Shown here: positions 18,929-29,002 of the stretch, piece by piece | Layout of the letters: the number at the start of each line of letters is the position of its first letter | Position numbering within the stretch: position 1 is the stretch's first letter | The notes under the pieces: generated by a model | What the model was told of the DNA's origin: nothing | Seen by the model: the letters and a program-made list of their open reading frames with translations, nothing else | Databases searched by the model: none | NCBI GenBank assembly: GCA_963805975.1 | Contig: CAWDVR010000003.1 | Span: 887,255-951,254, forward strand | Origin: an uncultured Acidobacteriota bacterium | GTDB lineage: Bacteria; Acidobacteriota; Thermoanaerobaculia; Multivoradales; SZUA-115 | Length of the DNA: 64,000 nucleotides | Direction of reading: 5' to 3' | Position numbers and translations under genes: made by a program

Positions 18929-20044
18929 ATGACGCCGATCGCGTTCACGCTGCTCTTCGGCCCCGTGCCCGCGCCACCGGACGTGGTGGAGGCGGTGGAG
19001 GAGATCGAGGTCGAGAGCTCGCTCGAAGAGGCGAGCGTCTTCCGCCTGCGCCTCGCCACCAGCCAGACGGCGATCGGCGACTGGACGCTGCTCGAGCGCG
19101 ACTACTTCCGCCCGCTGCTGCCGCTGTCGATCCGCGTCGGCGGCGGCCTGGGCCTGCCGGAGGCGCTGATCAACGGCTACGTCTCCGGGCTGGAGGCGAG
19201 CTGGGGCGAGGAGCCGGGAACCTCGGTGCTCGAGGTAACGGGAATGGACGCCACCCTCCTAATGAACATGCAGGAGAAGGTGATGCCATGGCCCAACCTA
19301 CCCGACTCCGCGATTGCCGCCGCCGTCTTCGGGCAGTACGCCCTGGTGCCGCGGGTCTCGCCCACCTCGCCGGCGCTGATCGAGCCCGAGGGCACCACCA
19401 CGCAGCGCGGCACGGACATCCGCTTTCTGAAGCAGCTCGCGCGGCGCCAGGGATTCGAGTGCTACGTGCAGCCGGAGCCGGCGACCGGTCTCGACCAGGG
19501 CTTCTTCCAGCGCCGCCCGCCGCCGCTGGGGCTGCCGCAGGCGGTGCTGAACGTGGCCGCGGGGCCAGAGACCAACGTCACGGGCTTCTCGGTGCACTAC
19601 GAGATGACCCGGCCCACGACCGCCGTGGCGGCCGGGCTGGACGTGGCCACCAAGGCGATCGTGCCGATGCCGGTGCCGGTTGCGACCGAGCTGCCGCCGG
19701 CGGGCCTCGAACCGGCGCTCACCCGCGTGCTGCCACCGGGGATCGTGCGCCCGGCGGGCCTGGGTCTCGCGACGGCGGCCGAGCTGCAGCCGGCGGTGGC
19801 GGCGATCGTCAACGAGTCGAGCTGGGCGGTGGTGGCGCAAGGCAGCACGGGGCCGGAGGTGGGCATCCTGCGGCCCGGTGGCTACGTCAACGTGCGCGGC
19901 GCCGGCCGGCTGTTCAGTGGCTCGTACTACCTCACGCGGGTGGCCCACTCGATCCGCCGCGACGGCTCGCACACGCAGCAGTTCTCGGCGCGCCGCAACG
20001 CCGTGGGGCTTACCGGCACCGAGATCTTCCTGGATCTGCCCTGA
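18929..20044 (+). CDS. Baseplate hub protein (late-control D / gp27-like, Afp8 N-half)
   Basis: [55 protein letters not shown]. Confidence 0.85.
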   Translation: MTPIAFTLLFGPVPAPPDVVEAVEEIEVESSLEEASVFRLRLATSQTAIGDWTLLERDYFRPLLPLSIRVGGGLGLPEALINGYVSGLEASWGEEPGTSVLEVTGMDATLLMNMQEKVMPWPNLPDSAIAAAVFGQYALVPRVSPTSPALIEPEGTTTQRGTDIRFLKQLARRQGFECYVQPEPATGLDQGFFQRRPPPLGLPQAVLNVAAGPETNVTGFSVHYEMTRPTTAVAAGLDVATKAIVPMPVPVATELPPAGLEPALTRVLPPGIVRPAGLGLATAAELQPAVAAIVNESSWAVVAQGSTGPEVGILRPGGYVNVRGAGRLFSGSYYLTRVAHSIRRDGSHTQQFSARRNAVGLTGTEIFLDLP

Positions 20045-20063
20045 TCCCCTGGGAGTGAGCTCG

Positions 20064-20777
20064 ATGCCGCCACAGAGCACCCCCGCCTTCGAGCCGCCGG
20101 CCGACACCACGCAGCGCTTCTACGGCAAGTACCGCGGCCTGGTGGCGATCAACGTCGACCCGCTCTCCCGCGGGCGCTTGAAGGCCATGGTGCCGGAGGT
20201 GCTGGGCGAGGTGCCGTCCTCCTGGGCCCTCCCCGCCTCGCCCTACGCCGGCATGGGCGCCGGCTTCTTCGCCGTGCCGCAGGTGGGCGCCGGGGTGTGG
20301 ATCGAGTTCGAGGCCGGCGACCCCTCGCGACCGATCTGGAGCGGCGCCTGGTGGGCGAGCGGCGAGCTGCCGATGACCGAGAAGGGCGTGCCGGTGCAGC
20401 CCACGGTGAAGATCCTGAGGAGCGACTTCGGCCTGCTGGTGGCGCTCGACGACCTGGCGCAGACCATCACGCTGGCGGACGGCATGGGCCTCAATCTGAT
20501 GACCATCAAGGTGCTCGAGGGCACGGTCGAGGTGAAGAGCGCGGTGCGCGTGGTGCTCGAGGCGCCGCTCATCCAGCACGGGCAGGGCGCCGCGCACCCG
20601 GCGGTGTTCGGCGACCAGCTCCTCACCTATCTGACGCAGATCGTCACCATGTTCAACACCCACGTCCATCCGGGCGAGCTGGCGGCCGGCTTCCTGCCGG
20701 TGACGCCGGCGCCGCCGGTGGCGCCGATGCCGCCGCCCACCCCGGCGCTGCTCTCGATCAAGGTGCTGGTGGAGTAG
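20064..20777 (+). CDS. Baseplate spike protein (gpV/gp5 OB-fold)
   Basis: [45 protein letters not shown]; C-terminal NTHVHP. Confidence 0.9.
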   Translation: MPPQSTPAFEPPADTTQRFYGKYRGLVAINVDPLSRGRLKAMVPEVLGEVPSSWALPASPYAGMGAGFFAVPQVGAGVWIEFEAGDPSRPIWSGAWWASGELPMTEKGVPVQPTVKILRSDFGLLVALDDLAQTITLADGMGLNLMTIKVLEGTVEVKSAVRVVLEAPLIQHGQGAAHPAVFGDQLLTYLTQIVTMFNTHVHPGELAAGFLPVTPAPPVAPMPPPTPALLSIKVLVE

Positions 20778-20781
20778 GGCG

Positions 20782-21057
20782 ATGGCGAACGAGCTCAAGG
20801 CGGGCGGTCTCGACGATTTCGGCTCCAGCATGGCGCAGGCCATGGAGCAGGCCCTGAACACCATCCTGGTGGCCGAGGGCAAGCCGCCGCTCGACACTTC
20901 CGACACCGCCGAGGTGCGCGACCGGCGCACGCTCTTCGTGGCCATCGCCCAGGGCGTGGTCAATCACCTGGTGGCCAACCACGACGCCTTCGACGTCACC
21001 GAGAACGACGGCACGACGGCCCTCGGGAACCATCGCGTGGTGATCCGGAAGGAATAG
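20782..21057 (+). CDS. Hypothetical protein between spike and gp25
   Basis: 91-aa in-operon ORF with typical codon usage; no PAAR motif. Confidence 0.7.
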   Translation: MANELKAGGLDDFGSSMAQAMEQALNTILVAEGKPPLDTSDTAEVRDRRTLFVAIAQGVVNHLVANHDAFDVTENDGTTALGNHRVVIRKE

Positions 21058-21066
21058 GACGGCGCG

Positions 21067-21444
21067 ATGAACGACCCGCTCGCTCGCCCCTACCTCGACG
21101 TGCCGTTCCACTTCGACGGCCGGGGCCGGACCGCCACCACGGACCGGGACGACCACATCCGCGACATGATCTTCTCCGTCCTCTTCACCGATCCCGGCGA
21201 GCGGGTCAACCGGCCGGACTTCGGCTGCGGCATCCGCTCGCTGCTCTTCATGCCGGCCTCGGACGCGCTGGCCGCCGCCACCCAGGTGCTGGTCAAGGGC
21301 TCGCTCCAGAAGTGGCTCGAAAACGAGATCCAGGTCGAGAAGGTCGAGGTCAAGGCCGAGGACTCGAAGCTCCTGGTGACCGTCGCCTACGTCCACCGCG
21401 CGAGCGGCCAGGGCCGGGTCGAGGTGTTCAGTGCGTCCCTCTAG
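21067..21444 (+). CDS. GPW/gp25 baseplate protein (Afp9)
   Basis: DHIRDMIFSVLFTDPGERVNRPDFGCG. Confidence 0.93.
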   Translation: MNDPLARPYLDVPFHFDGRGRTATTDRDDHIRDMIFSVLFTDPGERVNRPDFGCGIRSLLFMPASDALAAATQVLVKGSLQKWLENEIQVEKVEVKAEDSKLLVTVAYVHRASGQGRVEVFSASL

Positions 21445-21468
21445 CGGGTTTGCCGGGCGGGGAACGGC

Positions 21469-24045
21469 GTGAGCGCCCTCGAGCTCCCGGTCTGCCGGGA
21501 CGACGAGCAGCGGCGGGCGGACGTCCTCGCCCATCCCACGGCCAACGGCATCGACTTCGTGGAGGTCGCCGCCGCCGACCACCGCCAGCTCACGGTGACG
21601 TTCCTGAAGCCGCTGCCGCCGGCCAACGCGCTCGATCCCGCGGACCCGGACGACGCCTACGGCATCACCGCGGACCTCGCCCGCATCACCATCGAGGGCG
21701 GCGCCCGCATCGTGGGCATCACGGTGGTGGCGGCCGAGCGCCAGGCGGACGGCCGCCTCGCCCTCACGACCAGCGCCCCCGGCGACTACTCGCGCTACCG
21801 GCTCACCATCTCGGTGCCGGCCCTCGACCCGGTGCTCGACACCGTCGAGCTCAACTTCATGGCCACCTGCCCGGTGGACTTCGACTGCCGGCAGCCCGCC
21901 TACTGCCCCCCGGGCGAGGTGGAGGGGCCGCAGCTCGACTACCTGGCCAAGGACTACGGCAGCTTCCGCCGCATGCTGCTCGAGCTGGCCTCGGGCCTCA
22001 ACCCCAAGTTCAGCGAGCGCAACCCTGCGGACCTCGGCGTGGCGCTGGTGGAGCTCCTGGCCGCGACCGGCGACCAGCTCTCCTACTTCCAGGACGCGGT
22101 GGCCAACGAGGCCTACCTCGAGACGGCGCGGCAGCGCCTCTCGGTGCGGCGGCACGCGCGGCTGGTCGACTACCGCATGCACGACGGCCGCAACGCCTGG
22201 ACCTGGGTCCACCTGGCGGTCAACGTGCCCCACAACCTCGGCAACCCGGCCCTGCCGCAGCCGCCGGTCGCCTTCGTCACGCAGCTCTCGGCGCCGCTCG
22301 CCGGCACCATGCAGGCGCCGGGCACGGTGATCGACCCCGCTCTGATCACCGCCGAGCGGCTGGAGAGGGACCCCGCGCTCGCCGGCGCGGTGGTCTTCGA
22401 GCTGGCGCACCCGGTGGCGCTCGACCCGCGCCACAACGCCATCCGCCTCCACGCCTGGGGCAACGAGGAGTGCTGCCTGCCCGCGGGCACGCGCGTGGCC
22501 TACCTCTACTCGGTGCCGGACGGCACCCACGCCGTGCGGCCGGCGCTCGCCAAGGGCGACTTCCTGCTGCTCGAAGAGGTGAAGGGCCCGGCGACCGGCC
22601 TCGCCGCGGACGCCGACCCGGCGCGGCGGCAGGTGGTGCGGCTGGACGAGGACCCGCAGCCCACCGAGGACCCCGTGTATCAGGACGCGCTGGCGGGCGA
22701 CGCCTTGCAGCGCCGGGGCGCCCTCGACCCACCGCTGCCGCTGCTGCGTGTGCGCTGGCGGCGGGAGGACGCGCTCACGGCGCCCTTCTGTATCTCCACC
22801 CGCCGGCCGGACGGCGAGCGCCACCGCAACGTATCGCTCGCCCGCGGCAACATGGTGCTGGCCGACCACGGCCTGACGGTGGCGGGGGAGGAGCACCTCT
22901 TCGACCCGCCTGTGGCGGCCGATCAGCCGTTCCGCCTGCCGCTCGCGCGCCGGCCGCTCACTTTCGAGCTGCGGCCGGCCGGCGAGAGCTTCGGCGCCGC
23001 TCTCTCCCGCACCGACCTCGCCGGCGAGCCGCGGCAGGCGCAGCCGGCGGTGGCGGTGGTGGCCGAGTTCCCCACCGGCCCGGAGGACTGGACCGCGGTC
23101 CCGGACCTGCTCGACAGCCCGCCCCTCGCCCGCCACTTCGTGGCCGAGACCGGCAACGACGGCGGCGCCGTGCTGCGCTTCGGCGACGGCGAGCACGGCC
23201 GCGAGCCGGCCGGTGCCACGCGCCTCGTGGCGAGCTACCGGGTGGGCAACGGCGCGGCGGGCAACGTGGGCCGCGAAGCCTTCGCCCACCTCGTGCTGGC
23301 GGGCGGCGCGCCGTGGCTCGACCAGGTGCGGAACCCGCTCGCCGCCGCCGGCGGCACTCCACCGGAGACTCTGGAGGAAGTGCGGCGCCGGGCGCCCCAG
23401 GCCTTCCGCGCCGAGCAGTTCCGGGCGGTCACCGAGGCGGACTACGCCGCCGCCGCCAAGAAGATGCCGGAGGTGGCCGGCGCCGTGGCCACCTTCCGCT
23501 GGACGGGGAGCTGGTACACGGTGTTCGTCGGCGTCGACCCGCGCGACCCGGCGGACCTGCTGCGCCAGGGCCGCGGCCTCGCCCGCCTTTCGCCGCGGCT
23601 CGAAGAGCGCGTGCGCGCCTTCCTCACCCGCTATCGCCTGGCGGGCTACGACCTCGAGATCCGGCCGCCGCGCTTCGTGCCGCTGGCCGTCGCCATCGAC
23701 CTCTGCGTCTCGCGAGACCACTTCCGGGGCGACGTGGCGCGGGCGGTGGCCGAGGCGCTGTCGAGCCGCCGGCTGCCCGACGGCCGCCTGGGCTTCTTCC
23801 ACCCGGATCACTTCACCTTCGGCCAGCCGGTCTACCTGTCGCGCCTCTATGCCGCGGTGGAGGCGGTCGAGGGTGTCGAGTCGGCGGAGGTGCGCACCTT
23901 CCGCCGCGCCGGCGCACGCGACAACGGCGAGCTGGAAAAAGGCGTGCTGCCGATCGGGCCCTGGGAGATCGCCCAGCTCGACAACGATCCCAACTTCATG
24001 GAGAACGGCGTGCTCGAGCTCAAGCCCCGGGGAGGGAAGGCATGA
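21469..24045 (+). CDS. Baseplate J-like assembly protein 1 (Afp11-like)
   Basis: LDYLAKDYGSFRR, YFQDAVANEAYLETAR, LRFGDG..G, YRVGNG, RAVTEADY. Confidence 0.92.
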   Translation: MSALELPVCRDDEQRRADVLAHPTANGIDFVEVAAADHRQLTVTFLKPLPPANALDPADPDDAYGITADLARITIEGGARIVGITVVAAERQADGRLALTTSAPGDYSRYRLTISVPALDPVLDTVELNFMATCPVDFDCRQPAYCPPGEVEGPQLDYLAKDYGSFRRMLLELASGLNPKFSERNPADLGVALVELLAATGDQLSYFQDAVANEAYLETARQRLSVRRHARLVDYRMHDGRNAWTWVHLAVNVPHNLGNPALPQPPVAFVTQLSAPLAGTMQAPGTVIDPALITAERLERDPALAGAVVFELAHPVALDPRHNAIRLHAWGNEECCLPAGTRVAYLYSVPDGTHAVRPALAKGDFLLLEEVKGPATGLAADADPARRQVVRLDEDPQPTEDPVYQDALAGDALQRRGALDPPLPLLRVRWRREDALTAPFCISTRRPDGERHRNVSLARGNMVLADHGLTVAGEEHLFDPPVAADQPFRLPLARRPLTFELRPAGESFGAALSRTDLAGEPRQAQPAVAVVAEFPTGPEDWTAVPDLLDSPPLARHFVAETGNDGGAVLRFGDGEHGREPAGATRLVASYRVGNGAAGNVGREAFAHLVLAGGAPWLDQVRNPLAAAGGTPPETLEEVRRRAPQAFRAEQFRAVTEADYAAAAKKMPEVAGAVATFRWTGSWYTVFVGVDPRDPADLLRQGRGLARLSPRLEERVRAFLTRYRLAGYDLEIRPPRFVPLAVAIDLCVSRDHFRGDVARAVAEALSSRRLPDGRLGFFHPDHFTFGQPVYLSRLYAAVEAVEGVESAEVRTFRRAGARDNGELEKGVLPIGPWEIAQLDNDPNFMENGVLELKPRGGKA

Positions 24046-26699
24046 GCGCCGGCTGCGGTTGCGCGGTCTCCGGCAGCTCCTGCGGCTGCTGCGAGGGCGC
24101 GGCGCGCCCGACCCCTCGGCGCATCGCGAACCGGCCCTCGCTCAGGGCGGTGGCCTACCGGATCGGCACCTACGCGGACTTCCGGCAGTCGATGCTCGCC
24201 GGCATCGCCCGCCGGCCCGAGCTTCTGGGGCTGAACACCCGGGCGAGCGACGACTACGGCATCAACCTGCTCGAGCTGTGGGCGGCGGTCGGCGACGTCC
24301 TCACCTTCTACCAGGAGCGCTACGCCAACGAGGCCTTCCTCGGCACCGCCACCTTCCGCGAGTCGGTGGCGAAGCTGACCGCGCTCTTGGGCTACGAGCC
24401 GCGGCCGGGCATGGCGGCCCGCACCTGGCTGGCCTTCACCCTCGACGCCGGCAAGAGCCTGACCGTGCCGGCGGGCCAGAAGGTGCAGAGCGTGCCGGGG
24501 GAAGGCCAGCTTCCGCAGACCTACGAGACGCTCGCTCCGGTGGCGGCCGACGCACGCTTCAACCGGCTGCGGGTCTACCCCTGGCCGCTGCCCTGGAACC
24601 ACCTCCACGTGGGCCGCACCTCGGCGGTGCTCGACCGCCTGGAGGGCCCGGCCCTGGCGGGCGGTCTCGCGCCCGGAGACACGTTGGTGCTCTTCAACGG
24701 CGGGCAGGCGGACGCTCTCGAAGAGAAGAAGATCGCCTCGATCGAGCGCCAGGACGACCGCGTGCTGCTCACCTGGACGGAGCCCGTGGAGCGGACCACC
24801 TGGCTGGGCTCGACGCGCGTCTTCGAGCGCAAGCGCAGCTTCCGTCTCTTCGGCCACGACGCGCCGCCGCACTTCATGGTGCCCACCGAGAACCCGCCCG
24901 GCCGCTTCACCTGGTCGATGCTCCACATCACGGACTACGGGCTCATCTCGAGCAACGTCCTGTACCTCGATGGCCGCTACGAGGGCCTGGCGCCGGGCAG
25001 AAAGCTGCTGGTGGCCGACACCCGGCCGACCGGCCGGAAGTTCCTGGTGACGGTCCAGTCCGTGGCCCAGGCGAGCGCCGCCTTCGGCTCGGTCGCGGCC
25101 ACGGTGACCACGCTCACGGTCGCCGTCGATCCCGGCCAGGGGACCAACACCCTGCCCGCCATCCCGGACCGGCGCGCGGCCGTGATCGTCGAGCTCGAAG
25201 GGCCGCCGGTGCGCTTCTGGAACGGCGCCTACTCGCCGAAGCTCCAGGGTGACGAGGTCTACCTGCCGGGCGTGGTGGTCGAAACCGCGCAGGGCCTGGC
25301 CCTGGAGGTGGGGCGCACGGCGCTGGCCAACGGCTTCGCGCCGGGCGTGGTGATCGCGCCGGCCGACCTGGTGAAGCGCCGGACCGTGCTGATCGAGAGC
25401 GCCACGGCCGAGCCCCTGCTGGCCACGGTGAAGCCCACGCCGCGCATCGAGCCCGCGGACGCCCCGCCCGGCAGCTTCGCGCACCTGGTGGTGCCGCTGG
25501 AGCTCGACGGCGCGCTCAACACGCACGCCACGGCCTCGGCGGTGCTCTCGGGCAACGTGGCCGAGGCGAGCCACGGCGAGACCGTGTCCACTGAGCCGCT
25601 GGGGAGCGGCAGCGCCACCGCCGCCTTCCAGCGCTTTGTGCTGCAGAAGAGCCCGCTGACTCGCCTGCCCGCCGCCACCGCCGAGGGCGCGGCGCCCAGC
25701 CTCGAGGTGTGGGTGAACGGCGTGCGCTGGAACCGGGCGACGCAGCTCTTCGGCCAGCCGGCCGGGGCCGCGGTCTACGAGCTGCGCCAGGCGGAGGACG
25801 GCGCCGCGATCGTGCAGTTCGGCGACGGCGAGACCGGGGCACGGCTGCCCACCGGCCGCGGCAACGTCACCGCCACCTACCGCCAGGGCTCGGGCCTCGC
25901 CGGGCGGGTGGCGGCGCGCTCGCTCACCACGCTCCTCGCCAAGCCCGTGGGCCTGGCGGCGGCGGTCAACCCGCTGGCGGCCGAGGGCGGCGCCGACCCG
26001 GAGACCGCGGCCTCCGCCCGCCTGAGCGCGCCGGCCTCGGTGCGCACCTTCGGCCGGGCGGTGTCGCTCGAGGACTTCGAGTCCCTGGTCAAGGCCTCGG
26101 GGGAGGTGGCCAAGGCCGCCGCCACCTGGGTTTGGGACGGCCTGGAGCGGGCCATCCACCTCACCGTGGCGGGCCAGGCCGGCGGCAGCTTCTCCGAGCA
26201 GGCGCAGCGGGACCTGGTGGCGAACCTCGGTGCGGTGCGCGACCCCAACCACCGGCTGCGGATCGACAACTACCATCCGGTGTCGGTCGAGCTCGAGGCC
26301 GGCCTCGGGATCGAGCCCGACCACGATCCGGACACGGTCCTCGAGGCGGCCCGGGCGGCGGCGCTCGCGGCCCTCTCCTTCGACGCGCTGGAGCTCGGCC
26401 GGTCGCTCCACCTGTCCGACCTCTACCGCGTGCTGCAGGAGGTGCCGGGGGTGCGCTTCGTGGACGTGGGCAAGTTCCTCTTCAAGCGGCCCACGGGCAT
26501 GCTGGGCTGGCTCTTCCCCTTCTTCCTCAAGGCGCGCGGCGTGACCTTCCTGGCGCCCCTCGTCCCGGCGCCGGTGCAGGGCCACCTGCGGATCTTCGCG
26601 GCGCGGCCATGGGTGGGGCAGCCGGGCCGCGTGCGCCCGGCCGAGCTGGCGGTGCTCGAGTCGCCGGACGACCTCGTGCTCACGGTGCGGGAGGGCTAG
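24042..26699 (+). CDS. Baseplate J-like assembly protein 2
   Basis: ATGA overlap at 24042; DVLTFYQERYANEAFLGTA, VQFGDGETGARLPTG, RAVSLEDFE. Confidence 0.9.
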   Translation: MSAGCGCAVSGSSCGCCEGAARPTPRRIANRPSLRAVAYRIGTYADFRQSMLAGIARRPELLGLNTRASDDYGINLLELWAAVGDVLTFYQERYANEAFLGTATFRESVAKLTALLGYEPRPGMAARTWLAFTLDAGKSLTVPAGQKVQSVPGEGQLPQTYETLAPVAADARFNRLRVYPWPLPWNHLHVGRTSAVLDRLEGPALAGGLAPGDTLVLFNGGQADALEEKKIASIERQDDRVLLTWTEPVERTTWLGSTRVFERKRSFRLFGHDAPPHFMVPTENPPGRFTWSMLHITDYGLISSNVLYLDGRYEGLAPGRKLLVADTRPTGRKFLVTVQSVAQASAAFGSVAATVTTLTVAVDPGQGTNTLPAIPDRRAAVIVELEGPPVRFWNGAYSPKLQGDEVYLPGVVVETAQGLALEVGRTALANGFAPGVVIAPADLVKRRTVLIESATAEPLLATVKPTPRIEPADAPPGSFAHLVVPLELDGALNTHATASAVLSGNVAEASHGETVSTEPLGSGSATAAFQRFVLQKSPLTRLPAATAEGAAPSLEVWVNGVRWNRATQLFGQPAGAAVYELRQAEDGAAIVQFGDGETGARLPTGRGNVTATYRQGSGLAGRVAARSLTTLLAKPVGLAAAVNPLAAEGGADPETAASARLSAPASVRTFGRAVSLEDFESLVKASGEVAKAAATWVWDGLERAIHLTVAGQAGGSFSEQAQRDLVANLGAVRDPNHRLRIDNYHPVSVELEAGLGIEPDHDPDTVLEAARAAALAALSFDALELGRSLHLSDLYRVLQEVPGVRFVDVGKFLFKRPTGMLGWLFPFFLKARGVTFLAPLVPAPVQGHLRIFAARPWVGQPGRVRPAELAVLESPDDLVLTVREG

Positions 26700-26704
26700 G
26701 AAAA

Positions 26705-28993
26705 ATGGCCGACAATTCCTCGAGCTCTTCTGGGGGCCGCCTCTACGAGCTGCTGCCCGCGGTCTACCGCCAGCAGGACGCCGAGCAGGGCTATCCGCTC
26801 CGCGGTCTGCTCGCCCTGGTCACCGAGCAGGCGGACCTCCTGGACGCCGACATCGCGCGGCTCTGGGACGACCTCTTCATCGAGACCTGCCAGCCCTGGG
26901 TGATCCCCTACATCGGCGAGCTGGTGGGCAACCGCCTGCTCTCGGACGGCGGCCGGGCCGCGATGGTGGACCGCGCCCGCGAGGCCTTCCCGGACCTCCT
27001 CGGGCCGGACCTGCTGCCGCCGCCCGTGGTGCGCACCCGCACCGACGTGGCCAAGACCATCTACTACCGCCGGCGGAAGGGCACGCCGCCGATGCTCGAG
27101 GAGCTGGCCCGCGACGTGACCGGCTGGCCGGCGCACGCGGTGGAGCTCTTCGAGCTCCTGGGCTGGCACCAGCACCTGGAGCATTACCGGCCGCAGAGCG
27201 CCTGGGTGGACGTGCGGCGGGTGGACCGCATGGAGCGGGTGGAGGGCGCCTTCGACGAGGCCAGCCACACCGTGGACGTGCGGCCGATCTCGACCTCCGA
27301 GGGCTGGCACAACCTGCGCAACGTGGGCTTCTTCCTCTACCGGCTGGGCGCCTACGAGCTCCGCCGCGTGCCGGCCCGCCGCGGTGCCCAGCCCTGGCAG
27401 TTCCACTCGAGCCCCCTGGGCAACCCGGCGCCGCTCTTCTCCCGCTGGCGGCGCGAGGGCGACGAGGCCGGCCTGGCGACCGAGCTCCACGTGCCGGCGC
27501 CGATCCGCCGCGGCCTCTTCTACGAGGACCTGCAGCGCTACAAGAACCTGCCGCCCACCCGGCCGGCCTCGACCGACCTCTACGGCTTCGACCCGGACCG
27601 CAGCCTGGCGATCGAGCGCAACGGCGTCCCCGTGGCGCCCAGCCAGGACCCGACCGCACCGCTCGGCTCCTATGAGCCGGAGGTCGTCTGCCGGCGGCTC
27701 GATCCGTGGCCGGCAGTGCAGCCCAGCGGCCGGGTGATCGCCGTCGACGTGGCCAGCAGCCGCCTGGCGGTGGGGGACGGCTGGGCGGACGCCACGGACT
27801 CGCTCGACGTCTCCTACCACTACGGCTTCCCGGCCGAGATCGGCGGCGGCCCCTACGAGCGGGCGCGCTGGCGGATCGCGCCCGAGGTGGAAGCGCACCG
27901 CATCTTCGTCCAGGAGGGCGTGATCGGCCCCACGACCTTCCCGGACGTGGTGCAGGCCCTGGCCCATTGGGCCGGGCCGCTCGCCCACGAGCGCACGATC
28001 ATCACCCTGCTCGACAGCCGTACCTACGAGCTGCCGGCCTCCATCACACTCTCGAACGAGGCCTTCCTCGCCCTCGAAGCGGCGAACGGGGAGCGGCCCC
28101 TGCTGCAGACTCAAGGCCCGGGCCTCGAGGTCCGGGTCAGCCCGCCCGCCAACCCGGCCGACCCCGACCGCCAGGGCAGCTTGACGTTGGGCGGCGTGGC
28201 GGTCGAGGGCCATGTGCGGGTGACGGGCGACCTCGGCTTCCTGCGTTTGATTCACTCGACCCTGGTGCCGGGCCGCCGCCTGGCCGACGACGGCAGTCCG
28301 TCCGTGCTCGCGCCCAGCCTGCTGATCGCGGCCGGGCCGGCCGGCGCACCGCTCAACACCCAGCTCGAGGTGCAGATCGCGGCCAGCATCCTGGGCGCGA
28401 TCGAGGCGCCCGCGCACTGCCGCGTCTTCGCCATCGACTCGATCCTCGACGCCCTGGGCGACGGCCGGCGCGCGGTCGCTGCCGCTGCCGGGCGGCCTGG
28501 CCCGGCCCTCGATCTCGAGCGCTCGACGGTGCTCGGCGCGCTCCACGTGCGCGAGCTCGCGATGAGCGAGTCGATCGCCACCGGGCACGTCGAGACCGTG
28601 CGCACCCAGGAGGGCTGCGTGCGCTTCAGCTTCGTACGCGCCGGCTCGCGCACGCCGCGCCGCTTCCGCTGCCAGCCGGACCTGGCCGTGGCCAAGGCGC
28701 TGGAGGAGGCGCTCGCCAGGAACCCGCTTCTTTCGCCCGCCCTCCAGGCCCAGATCCGGGCCGCGCAGGTGGCGCGGGTGGTGCCGGGCTTCACCAGCCG
28801 GAGCTACGGCCGGCCGGCCTACGCCCAGCTCGCCCTCGCCGCGCCGGTCGAGATCAGGAAGGGCGCCGAGGACGGCGCCGAGATGGGCGTCTATTCGCAC
28901 TTGAAACAGCCGCAGCGCGAGAGCAACCTGCGCCTGCGGCTCGACGAGTACCTGCCGTTCGGGCTCGAGGCGGGCCTGATCTACGTCACCTAG
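26705..28993 (+). CDS. Baseplate wedge / tail protein I-like (Afp12-like)
   Basis: RLYELLPAVYR, DLFIETCQPWVIPYIGELVG, YRRRKGT, RLDEYLPFGLEAGLIYVT. Confidence 0.85.
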   Translation: MADNSSSSSGGRLYELLPAVYRQQDAEQGYPLRGLLALVTEQADLLDADIARLWDDLFIETCQPWVIPYIGELVGNRLLSDGGRAAMVDRAREAFPDLLGPDLLPPPVVRTRTDVAKTIYYRRRKGTPPMLEELARDVTGWPAHAVELFELLGWHQHLEHYRPQSAWVDVRRVDRMERVEGAFDEASHTVDVRPISTSEGWHNLRNVGFFLYRLGAYELRRVPARRGAQPWQFHSSPLGNPAPLFSRWRREGDEAGLATELHVPAPIRRGLFYEDLQRYKNLPPTRPASTDLYGFDPDRSLAIERNGVPVAPSQDPTAPLGSYEPEVVCRRLDPWPAVQPSGRVIAVDVASSRLAVGDGWADATDSLDVSYHYGFPAEIGGGPYERARWRIAPEVEAHRIFVQEGVIGPTTFPDVVQALAHWAGPLAHERTIITLLDSRTYELPASITLSNEAFLALEAANGERPLLQTQGPGLEVRVSPPANPADPDRQGSLTLGGVAVEGHVRVTGDLGFLRLIHSTLVPGRRLADDGSPSVLAPSLLIAAGPAGAPLNTQLEVQIAASILGAIEAPAHCRVFAIDSILDALGDGRRAVAAAAGRPGPALDLERSTVLGALHVRELAMSESIATGHVETVRTQEGCVRFSFVRAGSRTPRRFRCQPDLAVAKALEEALARNPLLSPALQAQIRAAQVARVVPGFTSRSYGRPAYAQLALAAPVEIRKGAEDGAEMGVYSHLKQPQRESNLRLRLDEYLPFGLEAGLIYVT

Positions 28994-29002
28994 GGGGACA
29001 TC

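Noticed and set aside
21312-24041. Apparent 1795-aa ORF 21312-26699
   Set aside because: The first 910 codons are Arg/Pro/Gly-rich off-frame overlap with baseplate gene 1; the real start is ATG 24042.
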